Source: Haliotis rubra (taxonomy: Eukaryota). From it: DNA of 64,000 nt. This document shows positions 53,181 to 64,000 of the stretch, one piece after another. The DNA is taken from assembly GCF_003918875.1 (NCBI RefSeq), contig NW_025766958.1, positions 1,116,001-1,180,000 on the forward strand, read 5' to 3'. Under the pieces are notes generated by a model that had not been told where the DNA came from, did not search any database, and worked only from the letters and a program-made list of their open reading frames with translations. The position numbers and the translations under genes were made by a program. Within the stretch, counting starts at the first letter, position 1. Each line of letters begins with the position of its first letter.

Positions 53181-55891
53181 ATCTGAAATGTTTAATGAAG
53201 TAGAAACTTTTATTTTTAAATTTTCACGATTTGACACTCTTTTACGATTGAAGCTAGTGAATTGGTTTGTATAAATTCTAAAGTTTAAAAAGTATGAAGT
53301 GATGTTGATTTGCACTCCTTCATAAGACCATCCTGGTCATCACTACAGCTTTTTTTTCATGTCTTTAAATAAAAATAAGAATATCAGTAATTATGTTAGT
53401 CATAATAGTCAATAAAATGCTTTGACATGTAGCAGTTTTTGAGAAATTGTTTCAGTTTCACACAACTCATTGTCAAATGATGATAGGAAACAGGTCTATA
53501 ATTTTATTTCCTGCATTTTGGGTTTAAATAGGACTCAGTAAAAATGTGAATACATGACTGTTTATATACAGTTTCATGTTCATTTTAATAAATGGTACAC
53601 ACATCTTTAATAGATCGTATGCATAATACTTCAATACAAGGATGTGAGAGCTGTTGTGAAAGTTGAAATTTTTTGTTTGTTAAATGTTTACATTGTGGAA
53701 TATGAAAACGGAATTAATAAGTCTCGTACTATACATAGAGAGCTGGAGCACAGTTTCATTAGGCAGAAGTTCACTTGAAGCCAGACCAGCCATAGCACAG
53801 GAAGTTAACTTGAACACGGAAATGCCATTTACTGTGAGAGGAAGAGATTATGAACTCAAAGTGCTCCATTTCAACTGTTGACAGTTTCCTTGATTTCAAA
53901 TTCCAATGTTTGTGGAACCTATTTTCACACCAATGCGATCAACCCTTCAAATAACAATAGACTGGTCCGTTGTTTCAAAAAGAAGATTCTATGTGCCTCA
54001 TTTAGGGGTGATGCACGAAACAGGAAACTTTATGTCCTCTCATTGATGTCATATACTTTTCAAGGATTGTTTGTCAACATGGTCTGATGACACAGACTAT
54101 CCCAAGTGTGAAGGATTGTCAGTTTTAATCTTACTTGTATGGTGTCTCGGAAGATACACAATTTCCACAATGGCGTCTGAACCTCCCCGCTATGTCTCAC
54201 AAATGGTGTTCAATGCAAGTATCCTTTCCGCTTATTTCTTTATTCAGAAATTTGATTCATATCAGAAAAGCATTTTTGATAAAATCACGTTAATGGATTG
54301 AAGTTATGTTTGTGTTTGAAATTGTTTAAACCGTAATTGGACTTACATGAAGGCACACAAATCGTACCCTGTTTCTTTGATGTACATGACAGATAACGAT
54401 AAACACACTTCCAGGCTGACGACAGCTGTTTCATGTCAATAACTAAGTTTAGTCAAACCCAACCTCACGGTCAAAATCATGTTATTTATTCAATATAGAT
54501 TTGTGATTTAATTGCTAATATGGCACATGTTACAAAGATTTGAGTGTGGAAATGTTAAAAACAATCAACATGTTCAAATGGTTTGCAAATACCGTTTTTT
54601 GTCAGAGAGGCCTTGTAAGGATTAGATTTCTCATACCGGATACGGTAGTCTAAAAAGTAAACAAAATGAGATGATATTTTCATGGCAGAAGCCTAAATAT
54701 GAACATGCTTTTTAACCAAGCAATTGTTATATTAAATTTATCTCTGCACTTTTATCTACATTTTCAAAGACAATAAGCTTAGTTGAAAAAAAGAAAAGAC
54801 TTGCTAAAAACTTCTTCCTGTGTTGAAAATGAACAATTCTCTTCGCATATTCATGTCTGATAGCTATCATAATTGTAATGTAGGTGTTGCACATTTCTTT
54901 AATAATCAGGGACAGTGGTAGGAAAAGAGTCTTGATTAGGACTGCAGCACTATACTTAGTGTCAAGTGACAAATATTTTCAATTTCCCCTAAACTTACAT
55001 TGATATCTCTATTCCTGAGGGTGTGAGACCCATGGAGATCTGGGGAGGAATTGGTCTTTGGCAACCTATGCTTGTAAGTGGCGAGTAGCGGGATTGGGTG
55101 GTTAGGCTCGCTGACTTGGTTGACATATGTCATGGTATCCCAGTTGTGTCGATTGATGCTCATTTAAGGCTAAAGCATTGCAGGGAGGGCTAGGCAGTAG
55201 GGAAAATAATATTGTTCAGGGACTGTGAGACAGACAAGGCCTCTTGGTTCTATGCCCGTCAGTACTGATCGAGCAAATAACAAAAACAGGCATATATTTG
55301 GCGCTGTATGTGTGTGCGAGTACGCTTGTCCTCTTGTCAACTCCAAACAGTATTTCGTACTATAAATACAGAGTTACCTCCCTTCTACTGACTGCTTCAC
55401 ATGTTGGTGTGAGGTATTTTATTCTGCAGATATTATAGGTCAGAGAAGGTCCCAATTCTCTCTGTTTGTAGTACCTCAGGGTTGATTAATGAGGATGTAC
55501 AGGGGTTGATTTACACCTGCTCAGCCCAGCGTTAAAATAAAATCACAATTTAAATTACATGGTTTCCAAATTCATGGTGGTAGAAACAAAAAGTAGCTTG
55601 TTAAATAATTTTATGCTCTCCAGGGATAACCTGTTTTTCATTAATAAAAAGGAAGAGGTTTTGATGCTTATTTGATCATCACTGTATTGGAGACACCTTT
55701 ATTAATCAGTGTTTAAGAATTTTAGAAATTCGAACATTTTAAAAATCCTGATGTTGAACAAGATAATTTTAAAATCCTGGATAAATCTATGATGTTCACT
55801 ATATACCAACCAAATTTGGTTTGCTTAATTAATTAATACATACACAATTTATGTCAATCCGTTTTTTCTGCTAACACTGGTTCATCTTTAG

Positions 55892-56380
55892 GCGGGGCGA
55901 TGGGGTAGCGTAGTGGTTAAAGAGTTCGCATGTCACGCCAAAGACCTGGTTTCCATTCCCCACATGCATGTGGGTACAATGTGTGAAGCCCATTTCTGGT
56001 GTCCCCTGCCATGACATTGCTGGAATATTGTTAAAAGTGACATGAAACTAAACTCACTCACTCACTCCACATAGGTACAATGTGTGAAGCCCATTTCTGG
56101 TGTCCCCTGCCATGATATTGCTGGCATATTGCTAAAAGCGGCATGAAACTAAACTCACTCACTCACTCCACATGGGTACAATGTGTGAAGCCCATTTTTT
56201 GGTGTCCCCTGCCATGACATTGCTGGAATATTGTTAAAAGCGGCATGAAACTAAACTCACTCACTCACTCACTCCACATGGGTACAATGTGTGAAGCCCA
56301 TTTCTGGTGTCCCCTGCCATGGTATTGCTGGAATATTGCTAAAAGCGGCATGAAACTAAACTCACTCACTCATTCACTCA
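55892..56380 (+). mobile_element. SINE family 1 with its 3' ~100 bp tandemly amplified x4
   Basis: One tRNA head followed by four body+tail units. Confidence 0.9.
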
Positions 56381-57736
56381 TCAGGCTTGTAACTCTTCAT
56401 TGCTTCTATGTGATCAGTCAGTTGTTAGGGCCTTGGATTTAAAAAAAAATCATACAATTTATTCCCGAAAGTAAATAAAAAACAATTTAGTTTAACAAAA
56501 ATTCAATTACTTGTTGGATATACTGGATGGTTCAGAATTTGTCATAAAATGCCTATTGTGCTGTTTCCCAGATCCCCAAGATGTTCATAGGTGGTCCCTA
56601 AATTGTTCTGCTAATGCAAGTCAGGATGAACTTTACAGCTGAGTAAGCATATTACTATAAAGGGAATATAAACAGGGGGCTCTCATGCACATATCTGAGT
56701 TCTTTTCAGAATTCAAACCACTGCAATCCCTGTTCAACAATGTCAAAAACATTAAATTTGAACTTACCGGTAGGAATTTTTAAAACCAGTCAGTGAGCTC
56801 ACTCATGTATGAAACACAGACATTTTGATTATTCAGACACTTTATCTTCAAATTCTTATCTTGTGACGCAGGAATTTTTCGACTAACCTTGGATTGTTTA
56901 AACAGAAAGATAGGGAAATGTCACCTGCTCGTCACAGGTCTGGTGATAATGAAAACGACACAGGTGATGATACTGAGTGTGTGTTTCGTTTGACCTAGAA
57001 TTATGTGTTGGTATTTACGAGTTTATTTTGAATGCGGTGGACACATATGAAAACAGATTGTGTGTTTGGACAGTGCTTCACCTCAGTCTGAAGTGTGGTC
57101 ACACGTTTGTTGTATATACGCGGACATGGATACACTATCTGTGTTGCCACATGAATCATAAATTGATATGTACATAAAGCTGGAATGACCTGAGCCACAC
57201 CTTGTTTTCTGTGGAGTAAGGGAGAAATTTGTCAATTATGCAGCAGGATAATAGAATGGAAAAGGTGAGAATAGTTTATTGATTAACTGAGGATGTAGAT
57301 TGAAAGGATAATTTGCATGTGAAGTCAAGCTGACCTAGAAAATAAATAAAAGCTGAAGCTTTTCAAATTGCATTCATTCTTCGTTGACCTTTGCATATTC
57401 ATATTAATAGGTTGAACAAATTTCAACAAACACTGATAGTGTGATTTCCTTGAATATATAACACATGAATAAATTTTATGACAATAAATGAAAGTTCATA
57501 TAGATGGCCTTTCATCAGTCTGAATATTTGAAAGTAGACACATGAAGATTTAAAATTTATAATTTTAAAGACGAAGCTTACTATGCACTGTAAGTTCATT
57601 TCTTGCAAAAGATGGTTGATAACAAGTTCATCTGTTAACTGTCTGTTTACATTGATTCCTGAATTTATTGCCGTAATAAATAAGCAAGACAAGCAGTCCT
57701 GGTATTTTCGAATGTTCCAAACAGGAGACTAAGCAA

Positions 57737-57851
57737 CAGCTGATGATTGATTGGTTCTGTGTGCTGTGTTGACAACACAACAGCTTGCCTTATATAATGT
57801 AGTGTAGAAAATGTCCCACTTCAGATGGATGCTGGAATCATGGCAGAGGAG
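57737..57851 (+). promoter_or_regulatory. Candidate internal promoter / alternative first exon (MAEE) or 27-nt micro-exon (MDAGIMAEE)
   Basis: E-box CAGCTG 57737, ATTGG about 57750, TATATAA 57791, Inr-like TCAG (A at 57823, 32 nt from the TATA start), aatcATGG 57840, donor GAG|gtaaat at 57851/57852 in phase 0 with exon 6. Confidence 0.45.
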
Positions 57852-58071
57852 GTAAATTAAGAGGGCAGTGTGTTTGTAAACCTTGGTAAATTTTGAGGAA
57901 GGTGTGCATATTAATTAAATTTGTGTGAACTGCATAGTATTTTCACCTATTTAATGTTTGTGTTGGATTTTGGCAAATGTGCTGTTGTTGTTTCTTACGG
58001 ATGCCCAGCAACCTATTTTTTTAACCCTTAGCAACACCCAGCCACCTCTATATCCTTACCATACTAACACC

Positions 58072-59321
58072 CAGTGAACGAAAAAGCCACCAGCTATAGT
58101 TTGGCATGAAATGCATGTGGACCCGGTTTTTTGTAAATATCTCTTCATCCAATGACCCAATCGATCTCAAACTGTGCAAGTGGATGTTTTGTCAGACAAC
58201 CTAATCACATTGTAAATCACCGATTTAATGCATTTGTATTAAAGAATCCGTCTATGCAACTGTCAACAAAATAAACAGCAGAACGCAGAAGGCTTGCAGA
58301 GGGAGGGAGCCAATGACCTGTAACAGCAGCAGTGTTGGGTCATAAAGGTCAACGTTCGTCAATGTAGGTCAGCCTTGCTGATGACCCTGATGTCAAAAGA
58401 ATCTAACTTTGGATGCCTACCTTTTTGTACAAGGTTTTGTTTATTGGTTGTTGGTTTATTTTTCACAATTGTTAGCACGATGTTCTTTTTCATGCCAAGA
58501 GCAAAAGTTGTACGTTTCATGTAATCCGACACATTATAAATCGGTTTGCTACGTTTGCTCTCTTTTTAAAAAAAATTCAACACATTTCTAATTAAACGTT
58601 TAGCATCATCTGAATAAGCTTTCATGATGACAGCTAGAAGTAGTCAATGTGAATGATCCAAACGGTTTATCACTGTGCAGTGCACAGGTAACTATCATGA
58701 ACTGCACGTGCATTTACCTTTATGACCCAACACTACCGCTGTTACAGGTCATTGGCTCCCTCCCTCTGCAAGCCTTCTGCGTTCTGCTGTTTATTTTGTT
58801 GACAGTTACATAGACGGATTCTTTAATACAAATGCATTAAATCGGTGATTTACAATGTGATTAGGTTGTCTGACAAAACATCCACTTGCACAGTTTGAGA
58901 TCGATTGGGTCATTGGATGAAGAGATATTTACAAAAAACCGGGTCCACATGCATTTCATGCCAAACTATAGTAATAATCCAGCCGGGCCAGTAAATCTCC
59001 ACATTCACTGGCCGGACTGGCTTGTCCATTTTCATGGGGGTCATTTCTTAAATATATATATCACTCTATCCAACTTGTTAAAGTTCTAATACACTTTTAA
59101 ATCATGCAAGATTATGTATTGATAAAAATGTTCATCATATTAACAGCTTAATCATGAAACCTGTGTCATGCCGACAATATCTTATTCTCATCTATTTTTG
59201 TAATCTTTTTCTTAGTTTCTACATTCAAATTTCTGGCTAGTGAATTATTTTGTGGTCTAGTAACTTTCAGGCATAGCTCGCCTGACTGGCAAGCAAAATT
59301 CGGGAACTATTTCCCTCTCTG
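58072..59321. mobile_element. hAT-type MITE, copy 2 (same family as 40843-41207), interrupted by a foldback element
   Basis: 8-bp TSD ctaacacc (58064-71 / 59322-29). 58971-59321 aligns with 40883-41207. Confidence 0.85.
58097..58968. mobile_element. Foldback-type MITE with 253-bp TIRs and TA TSD (Tc1/mariner-like)
   Basis: 58097-58349 is the reverse complement of 58716-58968 with about 3 mismatches. TA at 58095-96 and 58969-70. The empty site gcTAgtaa is visible in the 40843 copy. Confidence 0.9.
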
Positions 59322-60003
59322 CTAACACCTAGCACCCACTTCATTCTTACCCTACTGACACTGACACATACCTCCCACCCTGCAGTCAGCTTTACCCCAC
59401 CCCATACTTTATCTTATCATGCTGTGGTAACCAGTCACCATCTACCCCTAACAATCGCCCCCAACATTCACACTACCCATATTCATTTTGACCAACACAT
59501 CTTAAATCTTCCCCACTGTGCATTGGGTACATGATGAAAACATATTCAAAAGCATTAAAAACATATGTCAAAATTAGTGTTAGACTTGGAAATAAAGTTA
59601 TTTCCAATTTCAAATGTTAAACGTTTATCAAACAGCAAAGTGACTCAGAGACTGATAAACACAGTGACGTTTGAAGTGTCAGATATACTGACAGAGCCAG
59701 AGGGACGTTTCACACTGACAGAATGAAATGCAGTCCACTTGTCAATAGCAGGAAATTGACAAATACAATTGACACAAAGTATCAGGAGCCTGTATGTCAG
59801 GGGGCACCTGTTTCATAACTTGCCCAGAATACCAGGAAAACTTGGAGCAGAATTACAGATAACACACATTGACTACAATGAATACAACTGAATACAATGG
59901 CAGTTTATGAATATAGCATATAAAACTGTGATCTAGTTCTCTAACCTGTAGCTGAGAATAACTGATAGCTCTTGTCATATCATAGCTAAAGGAATCACAG
60001 CCC

Positions 60004-60037
60004 TGGCTCACAGTGCAATATAGGTAGCATTGATTGT

Positions 60038-60079
<42 letters not shown>

Positions 60080-60278
60080 GCTCAGTGCAATATAGGTAGC
60101 ATTGTTTTATAGATTATGATGATGATGATGATGATGATGGCTCAGTGCAATATATGTATTGTTGATAGATGATGATGATGATGATGATGAGTGCAATATG
60201 AGTAAGATGATGATGATGATGGCTCAGTGCAATATAGGTAGTATTGTTGTATAGAGGTAGATGATTGTTGTATAGATT

Positions 60279-60314
<36 letters not shown>

Positions 60315-60435
60315 CAGATCTCATTGAGTAAGGTGGTAATGGTGATTGATCCTGTAAATGTCATAATGGTAGTTTTTTTTATAATGATGGTAGGTTTTTT
60401 TATAATGATGGTGATGATGATGATGATGATGATGA
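60004..60435. repeat. Compound (ATG)n microsatellite with interspersed ggctcagtgcaatataggtag units
   Basis: Directly visible; produces the poly-Met ORF 60279-60575. Confidence 0.93.
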
Positions 60436-61113
60436 TACTGACTGATCTTTCATATTACAATTATTTTGAAAGTTATGATAAGAATAATAATGACAAGGTG
60501 ACTGACATTGGAATCTGGTGGTTAAAATGGCAGCCAAGAATGAATACCACCGTGTTTAATTTTGGAGTTGGTTAACAAAATATGTTTGTGAGAGCACATA
60601 TTGTAATGCATTCTATTACCCTAGAAAGACACTAGGATAGTCTAAATGTTAGTGTTGACACTAGGCTAGTATACAGGTTAAAATAGTCACTGGGCTAGTG
60701 TAGAAGTTAGTGTTGACATGAGGCTAATCTTCTATTTTATCATTTGTCAGTTAACATTGAGCAGATACTCTAGCAGTCAAAGTTAATGCTGAGCTAGTCT
60801 CGGCCAGTTTTGTCGTTTATACTTTATGGTGTTTATACTGGGCATGCCTAAGCGTTGACACATACTTTTGTGTCGATGTTGGATGAGTACAAGCCAGTCT
60901 CAGTTTTGTAATTTGTATTTGACAATATGGTGACATGTTATGCCCTGTAAAACAGTTGGTGTTGACCTCAGTTTTTCTGTTTGGGTTGCCCAGGGTCAGG
61001 TGTTCACAAAGTATAATGTGATTGTGGGTTATTGTATCTGGAGGACTTGGATCCTTGCCTTTCCCCCTCAACTATTGATTATCCTGGTCCCAGTATTTTC
61101 AGGCTGCCTTAAT

Positions 61114-61626
61114 GGGCACTTGCATAGCATAGTGGTAACATTTGCTCATCACGCTGAAGAACTGGGATTGATTCCCCACATGGGTACAATGTGTGAAACC
61201 CATTTCTGGTGTCCCCTGCCAATGCTGGAACAGGGCTCCAGATAATTTTTCATGATCAGGAGTACATACTCCTTATTTATTCAATATAGGAGTACTGGAA
61301 AACCTTATGAGTACATTTAGAGTACTGAATGGAAATTAATGGCGTATCAGTAATCTTGTGTTTCGTTTCATATATGCACCACAACATTGCTGCTGTTGTG
61401 TAAACAGGTCAATAAACAATAAAACAATACTTTTTCAGATAAATACGTCTGTAAATGATTCTAAGACCGTACTCCATTGCTGTGGTGCGTATCTGCTACG
61501 CTTTCTAAACTATTTCCTACAGTATCTTGCATATTTTTTATCCGTACATACGCCGATACGACCCTAATCTGGAGCCCTGCTGGAATATTGCCGAACGCGG
61601 CATAAAACCATACTCACTCACTTACT
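61114..61626 (+). mobile_element. SINE family 1 split by MITE 61231-61579
   Basis: TSD tcaggctgcctt; the halves rejoin at ctggaa. Confidence 0.85.
61231..61579. mobile_element. MITE with CAGGGCTCCAGAT TIRs and 6-bp TSD (hAT6-like), inserted into a SINE tail
   Basis: Perfect 13-bp TIR, ctggaa duplicated (61225-30 / 61580-85). Empty site gCTGGAAtattg is known from other SINE copies. Confidence 0.85.
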
Positions 61627-61776
61627 CAGGCTGCCTTGACACAAGTGGGGCAACAACACTAACTTGACATTAGCTGCATTCCTGTGTGATGTAATTGGCA
61701 ACATTATTGGTAAAAGTGGAGTAAAACTAAACTCACTCACTCAGCATCATTTCATGACCTTTATCATCTCTTACAG

Positions 61777-62040
61777 TTGTCACAGGGGACACAGCAGATG
61801 AATCTGGATGGAAGCAACTTCGACCCCGCCAACCTTCCACCCCCTCCTCCCGAGATGCTTCAGCAGCAGTACCTCTACGGCACTGTCCCCGACAGTCGCC
61901 AGCAGGCAGTCTTCAACAGCCAGTCGTACCCCGGAGGTCAAGGTCAGGTCAGCTACAACCCCGTGCTGGGGACGGTGGCACCTACGCCACAGAGCCAGAA
62001 GGCACAGGTCTCCAACATTCCTCAAAGCAGACCACTCCAG
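61777..62040 (+). CDS. Hillarin/KY-like protein, coding exon 6, Pro/Gln-rich linker (LSQGTQQMN...PQSRPLQ)
   Basis: Acceptor catctcttacag|TTG (a second in-frame CAG lies 9 nt downstream), donor CAG|gtaagg; 264 nt, phase 0->0. GC-rich codon usage like the other exons. Confidence 0.85.
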
Positions 62041-62050
62041 GTAAGGTTGA

Positions 62051-62716
62051 ATACAGGACAATTGATTTGTCCCAGATTGGTGAAGATCGGGGTTAGAATC
62101 GGTCATCACAGACCCATATTTGTTAATTGAGGCGATGATGCTTGTTGTTAGAGCCGACCAGTGGGATTGGGTGGTCAAGCATGTAGACCAAACTGTGTAG
62201 AGTGGTGATTATAATCTTATCTCAATCACCTGATTGTCTAGTCTCGACTTTATTAATATAGGACAATCGATGTCCCAGATTGGTGAAGATCATGGTTAGA
62301 ATCGGTAATCACAGACCCATATTTGTTAATTGAGGCGATGATGCTTGTTGTTAGAGCCGACCAGCGGGATTGGGTGGTCAAGCATGTAGACCAAACTGTG
62401 TAGAGTGGTGATTATAATCTTATCTCAATCACCTGATTGTCTAGTCTCGACTTTATTAATATAGGACAATCGATGTCCCAGATTGGTGAAGATCATGGTT
62501 AGAATCGGTAATCACAGACCCATATTTGTTAATTGAGGCGATGATGCTTGTTGTTAGAGCTGACCAGCTGGATTGGGTGGTCAAGCATGTAGACCAAACT
62601 GTGTAGAGTGGTGATTATAATCTCATCTCAATCACCTGATTGTCTAGTCTCAACTTTATTATTTACTTACTGCAGTCAATTTGCTGGAATATTGTAGAGA
62701 GGGGTGTTAAGCAACA
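62051..62716 (+). repeat. 203-bp tandem triplication of a decayed family 2 retroposon
   Basis: cccagattggtgaagatc at 62071, 62274 and 62477. The units are nearly identical, with a single tail after the third. Confidence 0.9.
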
Positions 62717-62967
62717 AGTGGAACAAACAAAATACTGTCAGAATTTGGCCATTTAGTTTTCTGGGCCAGGGCCTGGGAACTTTGTTGGATAACACAAAGC
62801 AGAACAAAGTGTGAAGGCAATTTCAGTTGTACCCTTTAAAGGGTTGCAGGGATATTTCTAGAAGCAGTTTCAGATCATACTCACTCAGGACATCGATGTC
62901 CATTGCTACTCCAAGTATTGATAGCATGCTGATGATTGTCGGTAAGCAGTGGATATGTTTCAACTTA

Positions 62968-63295
62968 CTGGCAAACAAGGATAAGTTGAGCATCGACCTG
63001 ACAATTGACCTGTATTAGCATGTATGAATGCCGCCCACTGGTGCTTGCCATTGTTAGCGAAGGGGCCCCAGGTTGTCCGCGATCAAGTGTTGTGTGACTT
63101 GCTACACTGACGTGAGGGTCTTATGAGCAAGGTGTGTGCAGCTATGCGTCGAATCAATTTCGTCATGCAATGCACGTGCAGTAGCCTACATCTGCTCTAC
63201 CTTTCACAAACCAAATGGGTTTGCTCACTGCCGTGCACCGAATGCTTCTCGTAAACGCGTTCTCTGTGCCGGTCCAACTGATCCTTGTGTGCCAG
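62968..63295. mobile_element. Tc1/mariner-type MITE, copy 2
   Basis: Same TIR and TA TSD, collinear with 47681-48008. Confidence 0.85.
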
Positions 63296-63537
63296 TAGGG
63301 TATGACATGCGGGCTATAATTCTAGCAGTGGCCTATATAGTTACTGTACTATGAATATTCTAGAAGTCTAAGACAAAATATTATGGATGTCAACTTCTTC
63401 TTTATTGCATAACACAAGGTTTCTGGGCTTTTCCTCCCCCCTCATCAGTTCTGGAAGTCTTTTACGTATATATGCTTCTCTGTGAATGTTCTAGAGGTCC
63501 TCTACAGATGCTTACCGTTCCAGTGTTATTGTTCCAG

Positions 63538-63714
63538 GTTCAGAAGCGATCCATGGGTCAGCAGCCCCCTCAGACAGACAAGAAGTTCAAGTTGATCCCC
63601 ATCCGACAGGACAGCCAGACCCCCGATCCCCTGCCAGCCCCCATCCAGCAGAAACCCAGTCTCGAGGTCATCGACAGACAGGTCCTGGAAACACTTGATG
63701 ACCACGCTATTCAG
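63538..63714 (+). CDS. Hillarin/KY-like protein, coding exon 7 (VQKRSMGQQPP...LETLDDHAIQ), start of a second module; gene continues beyond the window
   Basis: Acceptor ttattgttccag|GTT; ends CAG|gcaagt (GC-type donor); 177 nt, phase 0->0. Ends in DDHAIQ, mirroring DNHAIQ of exon 1. Confidence 0.83.
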
Positions 63715-63758
63715 GCAAGTCATAACCATCTTTCACAGTCTGTTCATTTACAGTAATT

Positions 63759-63922
63759 GTGGGTGGTGGGTTAGCCTAGTGGTTAAAGCATTCGCTGATC
63801 ACACCAAAGACCTGGGTTCGATTCCCCACATGGGTACAATGTGTGAACGCCCATTTCTGGTGTCCCCCATCGTGATGTTGATGGAATATTGCTAATAGCA
63901 GTGTAAAACCTTACTCACTCAC
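63759..63922 (+). mobile_element. tRNA-derived SINE family 1
   Basis: Full-length, TSD tacagtaat. Confidence 0.88.
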
Positions 63923-64000
63923 TACAGTAATGGACATGTTAAAAAGGTTTGGTAGTGAAAATGTTTACGTCCTTGACACTGCACAGAAGTTGCAGAGAGC

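Noticed and set aside
60279-60575. Poly-Met ORF
   Set aside because: (ATG)n microsatellite.

Overview
AT-rich, repeat-dense animal genomic DNA. The SINE repertoire resembles a gastropod mollusc, probably abalone (Haliotis); this is recalled, not searched. The window is almost entirely one large + strand gene encoding a hillarin/KY (kyphoscoliosis peptidase)/LTD-1-type transglutaminase-like protein. Seven coding exons can be spliced by hand: 44086-44235, 46904-46992, 47300-47443, 48419-48611, 50409-51362, 61777-62040 and 63538-63714. All phases are compatible, giving 1971 nt = 657 aa, and the gene runs off the 3' end of the window. A probable non-coding first exon lies in a CpG-rich promoter at about 460-616, which implies a first intron of about 43 kb. 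The first transglutaminase-like module keeps His and Asp of the catalytic triad but has Gln at the Cys position. A second module appears to start in the last exon, with the same intron position and a GC donor. A candidate internal TATA promoter or 27-nt micro-exon (57737-57851) could produce an isoform lacking module 1. The introns hold more than 20 copies of a tRNA-derived SINE, a second non-tRNA retroposon with a covarying 5' pseudoknot, V-domain-like SINEs, a Rex1/Babar-like LINE end, and Penelope-like remnants including a minimal hammerhead ribozyme motif. They also hold non-autonomous DNA transposons (hAT, piggyBac, Tc1/mariner, Harbinger types) with readable TSDs, several nested insertions, a 253-bp-arm foldback, a 1.7-kb 40-bp satellite and one assembly gap. 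Nearly all ORFs in the supplied track are spurious. No prokaryotic-type system, CRISPR array or genuine tRNA/rRNA gene is supported.
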